Positions 10,081 through 19,547 of a DNA stretch of 24,000 nucleotides are shown here, in pieces. A model generated the notes under the pieces. The model saw only the letters and a program-made list of their open reading frames with translations. It had not been told where the DNA came from and searched no databases. The position numbers and the translations under genes were made by a program. How positions within the stretch are numbered: the stretch's first letter is position 1; every line of letters starts with the position of its first letter. Source of the DNA: Nitrospirillum sp. BR 11164 (GTDB lineage: Bacteria > Pseudomonadota > Alphaproteobacteria > Azospirillales > Azospirillaceae); contig NZ_JAYEES010000004.1 in the NCBI RefSeq assembly GCF_034653275.1, forward strand, positions 592,414 through 616,413. The letters are read 5' to 3'.

Positions 10081-11019
10081 ATGGACCGGTTGGGCAGCAT
10101 GGCCGTCTTCGTGAAGGCGGTGGATCTCGGCTCCTTCGCCGCCGCCGCGTCGGCCCTGGGGGTGTCCGGGCCCATGGTGGGCAAGCACATCCGCTTCCTG
10201 GAGGAACGGCTGGGCGTGCGGCTATTGAACCGCACCACGCGGCGGCAGAGCCTGACCGACTTCGGCCGGGCGTATTACGAGCGCTGCCGCGTCGTCCTGG
10301 CGGAGGCGGACGCGGCCGACGCCCTGGCCGCCGACCAGCTGGGGGAGCCGCGCGGCCGCCTGCGCGTGACCATGCCGGAGCATTTCGGCCGGCGCTGCGT
10401 CGTGCCCGTGCTGCTGCGTCTGGCCCAGCGCTATCCGGCGCTGGAGCTGGATTTGTCCCTGGGGGACCGCCTGGTCGACCTGGTGGAGGAGGGGTTCGAC
10501 CTGGCCATCCGCACCGGCGGCCTGGCCGACCGCGCCGGCCTGATCGCCCGGCGGGTGGCGCGCCAGCGCATGGTGGTCTGCGCCGCCCCCGCCTACCTCG
10601 CGGCGCATGGCGCGCCGACGGACCTGGATGACCTGGTCCGGCATGAGGGCGTCATCTACCGCCGGTCCGCCCGCATCCCGCAGTGGCTGTTCCCGCGTGA
10701 CGGGCAGCCGGCGGCGGAGGTGCTACCCCGCCACCGCATCCAGCTGGACGATCTGGAGACCATCGCCGACCTGGCCGTGGCCGGCATGGGGCTGGCCTGG
10801 CTGCCCTCCTGGCTTATCCGCGACCAGCTGAGGTCGGGCGCGCTGGTCACGGTGCTGCCGGACCAGCCGGAATACCTATACGATGTCCATACCCTGTGGG
10901 TACAAACGCCGCACCTGCCCCTGAAGGTGCGGGCGGCGGTGGATGCCTTGGCCGCCGCCCTGCCGGGCTTCATGGGCCCGCGCTGCGGCCCCGAGGGCGA
11001 CCCTGGGGGCGAGGGCTAG
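10081..11019 (+). CDS. LysR-family transcriptional regulator
   Basis: N-terminal wHTH MDRLGSMAVFVKAVDLGSFAAAASALGVSGPMVGKHIRFLEERLGVRLLNRTTRRQSLTDFG, then a LysR substrate-binding domain. Divergent from the oxidoreductase gene across a 103-bp spacer. ATG 10081 is preferred over ATG 10069. Confidence 0.88.
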   Translation: MDRLGSMAVFVKAVDLGSFAAAASALGVSGPMVGKHIRFLEERLGVRLLNRTTRRQSLTDFGRAYYERCRVVLAEADAADALAADQLGEPRGRLRVTMPEHFGRRCVVPVLLRLAQRYPALELDLSLGDRLVDLVEEGFDLAIRTGGLADRAGLIARRVARQRMVVCAAPAYLAAHGAPTDLDDLVRHEGVIYRRSARIPQWLFPRDGQPAAEVLPRHRIQLDDLETIADLAVAGMGLAWLPSWLIRDQLRSGALVTVLPDQPEYLYDVHTLWVQTPHLPLKVRAAVDALAAALPGFMGPRCGPEGDPGGEG

Positions 11020-12080
11020 AACAGGGCCACTGCCAGGTAGCCACCCGCGAGGCCCAGCAGCACCACGCCGGCGATGACGGCCGCCAGCGCCTTGGGCGGG
11101 AAGGAGCGGTGCAACATGGCGATGGACGGCAGGCTGACGGGCGGCAGGGTCATCAGCAGGGCACCGGCCGGGCCGACCCCCATGCCCAGCGACAGCATGG
11201 CCTGGATGATGGGAACCTCGCCCGCCGTGGGAACGACGAACAGCGTGCCGGCGATGGCGAAAGCGGCGATCCAGATGAACTGGTTGCCGATCTCCGGCCC
11301 GATGGCGGGGAACAGCCAGGCGCGGGCAGCACCCAGGGCCAGCACGATGACGACGTATTCCGGGATCAGGCGCACGGCCATGCGGCCCAGGATCTTGAGC
11401 CAGCGGACGAAGGGGTTCTGCGCCTCCGCCTCCGCCTGCAGGGCCAGCAGGGCGGCTTCCTGGTCCGGCATGGGGCTGACGCGGTTGGCCAGCAGGCCCA
11501 GGCCCAGGACCATCACCAGGCCCAGGGCCAGGCGCAGGCCCGTCCACTGCCAACCCAGGACGAAGCCGATGAAGACCAGCGTGGCGGGGTTCAGCACGGT
11601 GTTCCCCAGCCAGAAGGCCATGGCCGCCCCGGGGGCTGCCTGCTGGCGGCGCAGGCCCATGACCACGGGGGCGGCACAGCAGGTGCACATCATGCCCGGC
11701 AGGGACAGCAGGCCGCCGGCCAGCACGCTGCCGAAGCCGGTGCGGCCCAGCGCCCGTGCCACCCAGGTGACCGGCAGCAGCGCCTGGATGGCGGAGCCCA
11801 GCAGCAGGCCCAGCACCATGGCCTGCCAGATGGCCTTGCCGTAGGCCAGGGCGTAGCCCACGGCCGCGTCCCACGACGGGGCCGGGGCGGCGGCGTCCGT
11901 GCCCATCAGGATGGACTTGCCGATGGCATGGTTGGCCGCCGCCACGAAGGCGCGGGCGTAATAGGGCGACCATTTCACGTAGAACAGGCCGGCGATGGCG
12001 ATCAGGGCGACGATGGCGATTCCCACCATGGGGTGGGGGCGGCCGGTGGTGCGCGGCGACTTCGCGGCGGTCAGGTCCAT
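11016..12080 (-). CDS. Polytopic membrane permease with a vicinal-cysteine TM motif (resembles UPF0718/COG0701, ArsP-type predicted permeases)
   Basis: Strongly hydrophobic 354 aa with multiple TM helices. Motif LSLPGMMCTCCAAPVVMGL and a C-terminal half with EVPIIQAMLSLGMGVGPAGALLMTLP. Start uncertain: ATG 12080 is preferred, GTG 12134 and ATG 12029 are alternatives, and none has a strong SD. Family call is from memory of motif patterns, not a search. Confidence 0.75.
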   Translation of the reverse strand: MDLTAAKSPRTTGRPHPMVGIAIVALIAIAGLFYVKWSPYYARAFVAAANHAIGKSILMGTDAAAPAPSWDAAVGYALAYGKAIWQAMVLGLLLGSAIQALLPVTWVARALGRTGFGSVLAGGLLSLPGMMCTCCAAPVVMGLRRQQAAPGAAMAFWLGNTVLNPATLVFIGFVLGWQWTGLRLALGLVMVLGLGLLANRVSPMPDQEAALLALQAEAEAQNPFVRWLKILGRMAVRLIPEYVVIVLALGAARAWLFPAIGPEIGNQFIWIAAFAIAGTLFVVPTAGEVPIIQAMLSLGMGVGPAGALLMTLPPVSLPSIAMLHRSFPPKALAAVIAGVVLLGLAGGYLAVALF

Positions 12081-12329
12081 TGGGATGCGTCCGTGGCATA
12101 GGCTGGGGCACGCGGGAGGCGACACGTCCCCCACGTCTTGGACCCGACCGGGCCACGGGTTCGCATCGGGAGCCGGCTATCGATGCAACGCGGCGATAGG
12201 CATCCTCGATCGAACAATTCCGGTCTTAACGCCGCTTGCAAATGGAGGCAATGTCCTTATCTGCACTACGGCTGGTTTGCCTGCATACAATGCAAAAACA
12301 GGTCTTCCGTACAATAGAAGGCGATAGAA

Positions 12330-13391
12330 ATGTCCAATGACCAGATACGTTTGACCGATCTTGCCCATGGTGGGGGGTGCGGCTGCAAGCTGGCGCCGGC
12401 GGTGCTGCAGCAGCTGCTGGCGGGTCAGCCTCAGACGGCCGGCTACGCCAACCTGCTGGTGGGGACGGAAACGGGGGACGACGCCGCCGTCTGGCAGTTG
12501 GACGACCGCCATTGCATCATCGCCACCACCGACTTCTTCATGCCGGTGGTGGATGACCCGCGCGATTTCGGCCGCATCGCCGCCACCAACGCGCTGTCCG
12601 ACGTTTACGCCATGGGCGGCCGGCCCCTGTTCGCGCTGGCCATCCTGGGCATGCCCCTGGGCAAGCTGGCGCCCGAGGTGGTGCGCGAGATTCTGGCCGG
12701 TGGCGCCAGCATCTGCGCCGAGGCCGGCATCCCCGTGGCGGGCGGCCATTCGATCGATAGTGGGGAGCCCATCTACGGTCTGGCCGTCATCGGCGTCGCC
12801 CCGCCCCAGGCTATCCGCCGCAACGCCACGGCCCAGGCGGGCGACGCCCTGATCCTGACCAAGGGCCTGGGCGTGGGCGTCTACTCCGCCGCCTTCAAGA
12901 AACGGAAGCTGGACGCCGCCGGCTATGCCGAGATGATCGCCAGCACCACCCTGCTGAACCGCGTCGGCGCCACCCTGGCGCAGGACGCCGACGTGCACGC
13001 CATCACCGATGTCACCGGCTTCGGCCTGCTGGGCCATGGGCTGGAGATGGCGCGCGGCGCCGGGCTGACGCTGACCCTGGACTGGGACCGGCTGCCCTTC
13101 CTGACCCAGGCGGCCCAGTTGGCGGAAGCGGGCTTCATCACCGGCGCCTCCAACCGCAACTGGGCCAGCTACGGCGAGGAAACGCGCCTGCCCGCCGACC
13201 TGGCCCCCTGGCAGCGCGCCTTGCTGACCGACCCGCAGACCTCCGGCGGCCTGCTGGTGGCGGTGGCGCCGGAGCGGGCGGAGGATATCTGCCGCCAGAT
13301 CGTGGAGGCAGGCTACCCGATGGCGCGCGTCATCGGCAGCGTGACTGAGGGGGAGCCGGTGGTACGGGTGGGGTGGGCCGGCCAGCGGTGA
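12330..13391 (+). CDS. selD: Selenide, water dikinase (selenophosphate synthetase), Cys-type
   Basis: N-terminus [23 protein letters not shown] matches the SelD glycine-rich Cys17/Lys20 loop; codons 17 and 19 are TGC. AIR-synthase-like fold motifs ([40 protein letters not shown]). GAAGG lies 8 nt upstream of the ATG. Confidence 0.95.
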   Translation: MSNDQIRLTDLAHGGGCGCKLAPAVLQQLLAGQPQTAGYANLLVGTETGDDAAVWQLDDRHCIIATTDFFMPVVDDPRDFGRIAATNALSDVYAMGGRPLFALAILGMPLGKLAPEVVREILAGGASICAEAGIPVAGGHSIDSGEPIYGLAVIGVAPPQAIRRNATAQAGDALILTKGLGVGVYSAAFKKRKLDAAGYAEMIASTTLLNRVGATLAQDADVHAITDVTGFGLLGHGLEMARGAGLTLTLDWDRLPFLTQAAQLAEAGFITGASNRNWASYGEETRLPADLAPWQRALLTDPQTSGGLLVAVAPERAEDICRQIVEAGYPMARVIGSVTEGEPVVRVGWAGQR

Positions 13392-13399
13392 CCAAAAGT

Positions 13400-13495
13400 T
13401 GGCGGAAGGGAATGGGAGTCGAACCCACCCGGGACAGTCTCGCTGCCCCACCCGGATTTGAAGTCCGGACGCCCCACCAGGGGCGATTCCCTTCC
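13400..13495 (-). tRNA. selC: tRNA-Sec (anticodon UCA), 96 nt with encoded CCA
   Basis: Reverse complement reads GGAAGGGA-AU-CGCCCC-UGGU-GGGGCG-U-CCGGA-CUUCAAA-UCCGG-(long variable arm GUGGGGCAGCGAGACUGUCCCGG)-GUGGG-UUCGACU-CCCAU-UCCCUUCC-G-CCA. It has an 8-bp acceptor stem, 6-bp D stem with a 4-nt loop, 5-bp T stem and a long extra arm, the bacterial 8/5 tRNA-Sec architecture. The anticodon TCA corresponds to plus-strand tga at 13459-13461. Confidence 0.93.
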
Positions 13496-13508
13496 GTCTG
13501 ACCGAAGC

Positions 13509-15457
<1,949 letters not shown>

Positions 15458-15461
<4 letters not shown>

Positions 15462-16834
15462 GGCCGGGACAGCTCCGCCAGCGCCGCCAGGAAGGCCGGC
15501 TCATCGCGCAGGCAGCGCAGGTCCAGCACCAGGCGCCCGTCCTCGATGCGGCCAATGATGGGACGCGACAGGACCCGGAAGGCGGCCGCCAGCGCGGTCA
15601 ACGCGGCGCCGCCGGCGCCGATGGCCAGGCCGGCGCTGGGCAGCGTGTCCAGCGGCAGGGCGCCGGAGCCGATCTGGCTGTCGCAATCGCAGACCGCCAC
15701 CGTGAAGCCATCGCCCAGTACCTGGGCCAGGGCTGGCGCCAGGCGGTGGGCCTGCTCCGCGATTTCCGCCTTGGGGCGCGACAGCAGGGCCAGGGTGGGC
15801 AGACGCTGGGCCAGGCGGTCGGGGTCGCGGTACAGCTTCAGCGTCGCCTCGATGGCGGCCAGCCGGACCTTGTCCACCCGCAGGGCCCGCTTCATGGGGT
15901 TGCGGTTCAGGGCTTGGATCAGGTCGCGACGGCCGACGATGAAGCCGGCCTGCGGCCCGCCCAGCAGCTTGTCGCCGGAGAAGGTGACCAGGTCCGCCCC
16001 CTCCGCCGCCGCCTCGCGCACCGTGGGCTCGCGCTTCAGGCCATAGGCGGACAGGTCCACCAGGGTGCCGGAGCCGAGATCGTTCACCAAGGGCACCCCG
16101 GCGCCATGGGCGATGCCGGCCAGTTCGGGCGCCAGCACCTCCTTGGTGAAGCCCTGGATGCGGTAGTTGCTGGTGTGGACCTTCAGGACCAGGCCGGTTT
16201 CGGGCGTCAGCGCGCCGGTGTAGTCTTTGGCGTGGGTGCGGTTGGTGGTGCCGACCTCCACCAGGCGGGCACCGGCCTGGGCCATGATGTCCGGCATGCG
16301 GAAGGCGCCGCCGATCTCGATCAGTTCCCCGCGCGAAACGATGGCGTCGCGGCCCCGGGCCAGGGTGTTCAGCACCAGCAGCACGGCGGCGGCGTTGTTG
16401 TTGACCACGGTGGCGTCCTCCGCCCCCGTCAACTCGCACAGCAGGGCGCGGACATGGTCGTCACGCTCGCCCCGCTTGCCGTCGTCCAGGTCGAACTCCA
16501 AGGCCACCGGGTCGCCCATGGCGGCCAGGGCCGCGTCCATGGCCTCCCGCGCCAGCAGGGCGCGGCCCAGGTTGGTGTGCAACACCGTGCCCGTCAGGTT
16601 GAACAGGGGGCGCAGCTTGGACCGGCCGGCGTCCTCCAACCGCGTCAGGGCCAGGGTGGCCACGGTGTCGGCGTCCGGCACGGTGCCGCCGCCCGCCAGC
16701 AGGGCGGCGCGGACCTCGGCCAGCACGGCGCGGATGGCGTCCGTCGTCGCCGTGCGGCCATGGCGGTCCAGCAGCGGGGATGCGGCGGGGCGGGAAAGGA
16801 CGGCGCTAATGGACGGCAGATCGCGAAGACGCAC
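15458..16834 (-). CDS. selA: L-seryl-tRNA(Sec) selenium transferase (selenocysteine synthase)
   Basis: 458 aa. PLP-lysine motif [15 protein letters not shown], as I recall it in E. coli SelA. N-terminal LPSISAVL region. The only in-frame start after an upstream TAA is GTG 16834, which has no obvious SD. Confidence 0.92.
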
Positions 16835-16923
16835 GGGACGAGGGCACTTTCGTTGCGGTGTTTCCCCCTTGTGGCAGATTTAAATATTTGGTCAATCCCG
16901 CCGAAAACCAAAGCCTTGGCCAC

Positions 16924-16939
16924 CCATACCTAGGTATGG
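16924..16939. repeat. Perfect 16-bp palindrome CCATACCTAGGTATGG in the OMP-selA spacer; function unknown
   Basis: Read directly. It is flanked by further inverted repeats: GTCACA/TGTGAC at 16941-16956, TGACGT/ACGTCA at 16953-16970, and AACCAA/TTGGCC (G-U wobbles in RNA) at 16906-16921. Confidence 0.8.
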
Positions 16940-16975
16940 CGTCACAAGGGTGTGACGTTCCAGGACGTCAGGCCC

Positions 16976-17995
16976 TCAGAATGCCAGGCCCAGGCCGATG
17001 GTCCAGCCGCGCACGCCGTTGCCGATGATGGCCGACCCGCGCAGCGTCACGCCCTCGATGCCATAGCCCAGGTGGGGCGTCATCACCTCCAGCCCGCCGC
17101 CCACCTCCAGGAACTTGTCGAAGCCCAGGAAATCCTGCTGCGACCCGATCAGGATGTTGCCCCGGCTGAAGGCGATCCAGCGCAGATCGTCGGCGAACAC
17201 GTGGCCCAGCGGCCCGTCCAGTTGGGCGTTGATGGTGGCGAAGCCGAAGCTGCCCGTGGATTTCAAGGACGGATCGCTGACGCGGCTGGGTATGTCGGCG
17301 AATTCGCTGAAGCGGCCCATCAGGTGCAGGCGCAGGTCGTCGGGCAGGGCGCTTTCATGCAGCACCTCCACCCCGCCGCCGGCCAGGAAGCTGTCGATGC
17401 GCATGCTGGTCAGGATGCCGCCGGTGCTCTCCCGCAGCAGATCGGCGTTGGGGCCGGCGAATTCCCCGCTGCCGCGAATGCGGGTGTAGCCGCCCAGGGC
17501 GACCGGCCGGACGGAGGTGGAGTCGCCGATTGGGATGTCCAAGCCGAAGCCGCCCAGGGCCGAGTAGGACTTGTAGTTCTCCTTCACGGCGTCGGGCGCG
17601 CCGGTATCGGCGCCCAGGGCCGTTTGCTGCCAGGCCGTCTCATAGCCCAGTGTGACTTCCAGATAGGGGGCGACGCTGTCGGTGTCGTCCTTGTCGCGGA
17701 AGCTGTGGGTGATGGGCAGCTTGTAGCCGTGCAGCGTGATCTCATTGCTGCTGTAGCGGGCGGCGCTGGCGTCGGGTGTTCCGCCGAAGACGCCCAGGGT
17801 CTCGAAACCGTGGCCGATGTCCTCGGCCTTCAACTGGTCGCGCACCGCGTCGCGGATGGCCTGGGCGCTGACGCCGGAGGTCGCGGTCTGCGCCCGCGCC
17901 GTTGGGGGAGAGAAAGCGGGGGCCAGGGCGGTTGTCAGGGCGGCCGCCAAGGTCACGCGCCGCCAGGGTGAGGATAGTCCACGCCGATTTTCCAT
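16976..17995 (-). CDS. Outer-membrane beta-barrel protein (solitary, autotransporter-beta-domain-like); function unknown
   Basis: Start at ATG 17995 gives the signal peptide MENRRGLSSPWRRVTLAAALTTALAPAFSPPTARA|QT. Alternating amphipathic beta-strand pattern throughout. C-terminal WTIGLGLAF with terminal Phe (OMP/BAM signature). Subfamily assignment is tentative. Confidence 0.7.
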   Translation of the reverse strand: MENRRGLSSPWRRVTLAAALTTALAPAFSPPTARAQTATSGVSAQAIRDAVRDQLKAEDIGHGFETLGVFGGTPDASAARYSSNEITLHGYKLPITHSFRDKDDTDSVAPYLEVTLGYETAWQQTALGADTGAPDAVKENYKSYSALGGFGLDIPIGDSTSVRPVALGGYTRIRGSGEFAGPNADLLRESTGGILTSMRIDSFLAGGGVEVLHESALPDDLRLHLMGRFSEFADIPSRVSDPSLKSTGSFGFATINAQLDGPLGHVFADDLRWIAFSRGNILIGSQQDFLGFDKFLEVGGGLEVMTPHLGYGIEGVTLRGSAIIGNGVRGWTIGLGLAF

Positions 17996-18169
17996 ACGCA
18001 CCGATCCCTGTCTGCCTCCATGCCTGTCAGGGAAATGCCACCCGCCCGCCCGGCGGCAAGTTGCCAAGAGGAATAACTGATAAATATTGTAGAATATATT
18101 TTATTGACGTCAGAGAATGGCGATGTTTGAAATCATCCAACGGCGCGGGCTGGACGAATGAGGTTGGAA

Positions 18170-18289
18170 ATGACGGCGATGACGAAGGTGGAGCAGCGGG
18201 CCCAGATGTGGGGCGAGGCGTGCCTGCCCTTGGTGGCGCTGCTGTATCTCATGCTGCTGGGCGCGCTGTATGGCGGCGCGCCGGTGTGA
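18170..18289 (+). CDS. Candidate unannotated small membrane protein (39 aa): MTAMTKVEQRAQMWGEACLPLVALLYLMLLGALYGGAPV
   Basis: GAGG (18160-18163) lies 6 nt upstream of ATG 18170. 36 of the 38 codons after the ATG end in G/C, although the ORF sits in an AT-rich spacer. One predicted TM helix. A strong hairpin/T-run lies 56 nt downstream. The ORF is below the ORF-track length cutoff. No homology evidence. Confidence 0.3.
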   Translation: MTAMTKVEQRAQMWGEACLPLVALLYLMLLGALYGGAPV

Positions 18290-18344
18290 CGCCCCAGCGG
18301 ACTTTATTGCCCGCATTCCTATTGTAAAATATGCCCGGATATGG

Positions 18345-18381
18345 AAACGGCGGCCACGGGATGACCCGGGCCGCCGTTTTC
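18345..18381 (+). terminator. Rho-independent terminator-like hairpin (possibly bidirectional)
   Basis: aaaCGGCGGCC-a-CGGG-auga-CCCG-GGCCGCCGtttt. 8-bp plus 4-bp GC stem with one bulged A and a tetraloop, followed by TTTT (18377-18380). On the minus strand the trailing tract is only GTTTCC. Confidence 0.55.
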
Positions 18382-18560
18382 ATACACGGTATTTGAACGT
18401 GGCCGATCAAATACCCCTCATGCGCCGGGCGCCAGCATCCGCTGGCTTGGGCTTCCGCGCTCCGTCCTGCGGTACTCGCCCTGGCGACCGCGGTCGCGGT
18501 CTACGGCGGCATGGGCCGAGATCTCATGCCGCCGTGTCATTCAGACGATGCGCCTTGGCC

Positions 18561-19295
18561 TCAGTTGGTCGCCGGGCGCTGCGAGGTGCGGTCCACCAGG
18601 CCGGCCCAGTTGCTGACCGAGATGAAGTGGGCGTAGGCCAGGGCCAGCCAGCCGCGCTCGCGCCAGCGCTGGAAGTCCTCGGCCGGCAGCTGGTTGAACC
18701 GGGATTCGTCGATGACCTTGAAACCGGCCAGGCTCAGCTTCTGGCCGTCCTTCAGGGTGACGTCGGCGCGGTTCTCCACCAGCAGGTCGGCCTTGATCAG
18801 GGCCTCCACGAACTCGGTGGTGGCGTTGTAGTGGCCCTGGTAGTCGCTGCAGAAGGCCAGGGCGTTGCGGGTCACTTCGGTGGGCTGGCCGGCCTCGAAC
18901 AGCTTGTTGGGGCCGCCATGGCTGAGGCTGGGGGCCGCCTCGTCGATGCACAGGGTGAACTCCGCCTTCTCCCGGTTCTCCAGGAAGATGAAGGGGTAGC
19001 GGCGGACATAGGCCGGGATGTAGGCGCCGGCTTCCCAGCCGCCGTCGGCGTCCACGAACAGGTTCTCGCCATTGCGCATGCCCAGCAGAGCCACGGCCTG
19101 GGGCGGGGCGCCGTCCAGGAAGAGGATGGGGTAGTGCTTGCACGCCAGCGTGAACTCCGCCGCGATCACCGGCACGGAGTTGGAACCGGCGGCGAACTGA
19201 TAGCCGGCGGCGGGGGTCAGCGACAGGTCGCCGTCACGCTCCGCGGCCAGGGGGCGGGGGCGCTGGTAGAAGGCGGGAAGGGTCTGCGTGCTCAT
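18561..19295 (-). CDS. SapC-family protein (function unknown; family commonly linked to TonB-dependent receptor loci)
   Basis: 244 aa with family-typical strings HYPILF, GAYIPAYVRRYPFIF, LSLAGFKVIDESRFNQL. Recognised from memory of the SapC (PF07277) pattern. Confidence 0.78.
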   Translation of the reverse strand: MSTQTLPAFYQRPRPLAAERDGDLSLTPAAGYQFAAGSNSVPVIAAEFTLACKHYPILFLDGAPPQAVALLGMRNGENLFVDADGGWEAGAYIPAYVRRYPFIFLENREKAEFTLCIDEAAPSLSHGGPNKLFEAGQPTEVTRNALAFCSDYQGHYNATTEFVEALIKADLLVENRADVTLKDGQKLSLAGFKVIDESRFNQLPAEDFQRWRERGWLALAYAHFISVSNWAGLVDRTSQRPATN

Positions 19296-19547
19296 CTCTG
19301 TTCCAAGTCCCGGATCAATTGGGGTTATGAGTTATGCCGCCGTCCCCCGCGCCGCTGGCGGCCGGGGCTGGCAATCGTGAAGTTAGTGGTGCCGCACCCG
19401 CCCGTGGTCAACGTCGGGGATGGGGTAATGCCCATCCCCGCACGCTACCACCGATGGCGGGGGGAAGGGCACCGCTATTCATTCCCCGATTGGACATGAC
19501 CCGCCGGACACCTCCCTTTCAGGAAACGCCGGCGGGCCGGCCGGCCC

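Noticed and set aside
10876-12156. 426-aa minus-strand ORF overlapping the permease in another frame
   Set aside because: It is a Pro/Arg/Gly-rich translation. The 11016..12134 frame gives a coherent polytopic membrane protein instead.
12378-12386. SelD itself as a selenoprotein (Sec in the N-terminal loop)
   Set aside because: Codons 17 and 19 are both TGC (Cys) and there is no in-frame TGA. This is a Cys-type SelD.
13400-13495. selC as an integration site for a genomic island
   Set aside because: tRNA-Sec is a classic island attachment site in enterobacteria. Here its 3-prime end abuts selD directly, and there is no integrase, no partial tRNA duplicate and no direct repeat in the window.
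18055-18067. TTGGCAACTTGCC on the minus strand upstream of the OMP gene, considered as a sigma54 -24/-12 promoter
   Set aside because: The GG-to-GC spacing is about 7 nt, not the 10-11 nt that sigma54 requires. It is better described as a small GGCAA-g-TTGCC dyad.
16953-18112. TGACGT/ACGTCA half-sites on both sides of the OMP gene (TGACGTCA at 18105-18112; TGACGT-n6-ACGTCA at 16953-16970) as a shared operator
   Set aside because: A 6-mer is expected about a dozen times by chance in 24 kb on two strands, and the spacing differs (0 versus 6 nt). The coincidence is not significant without conservation data.
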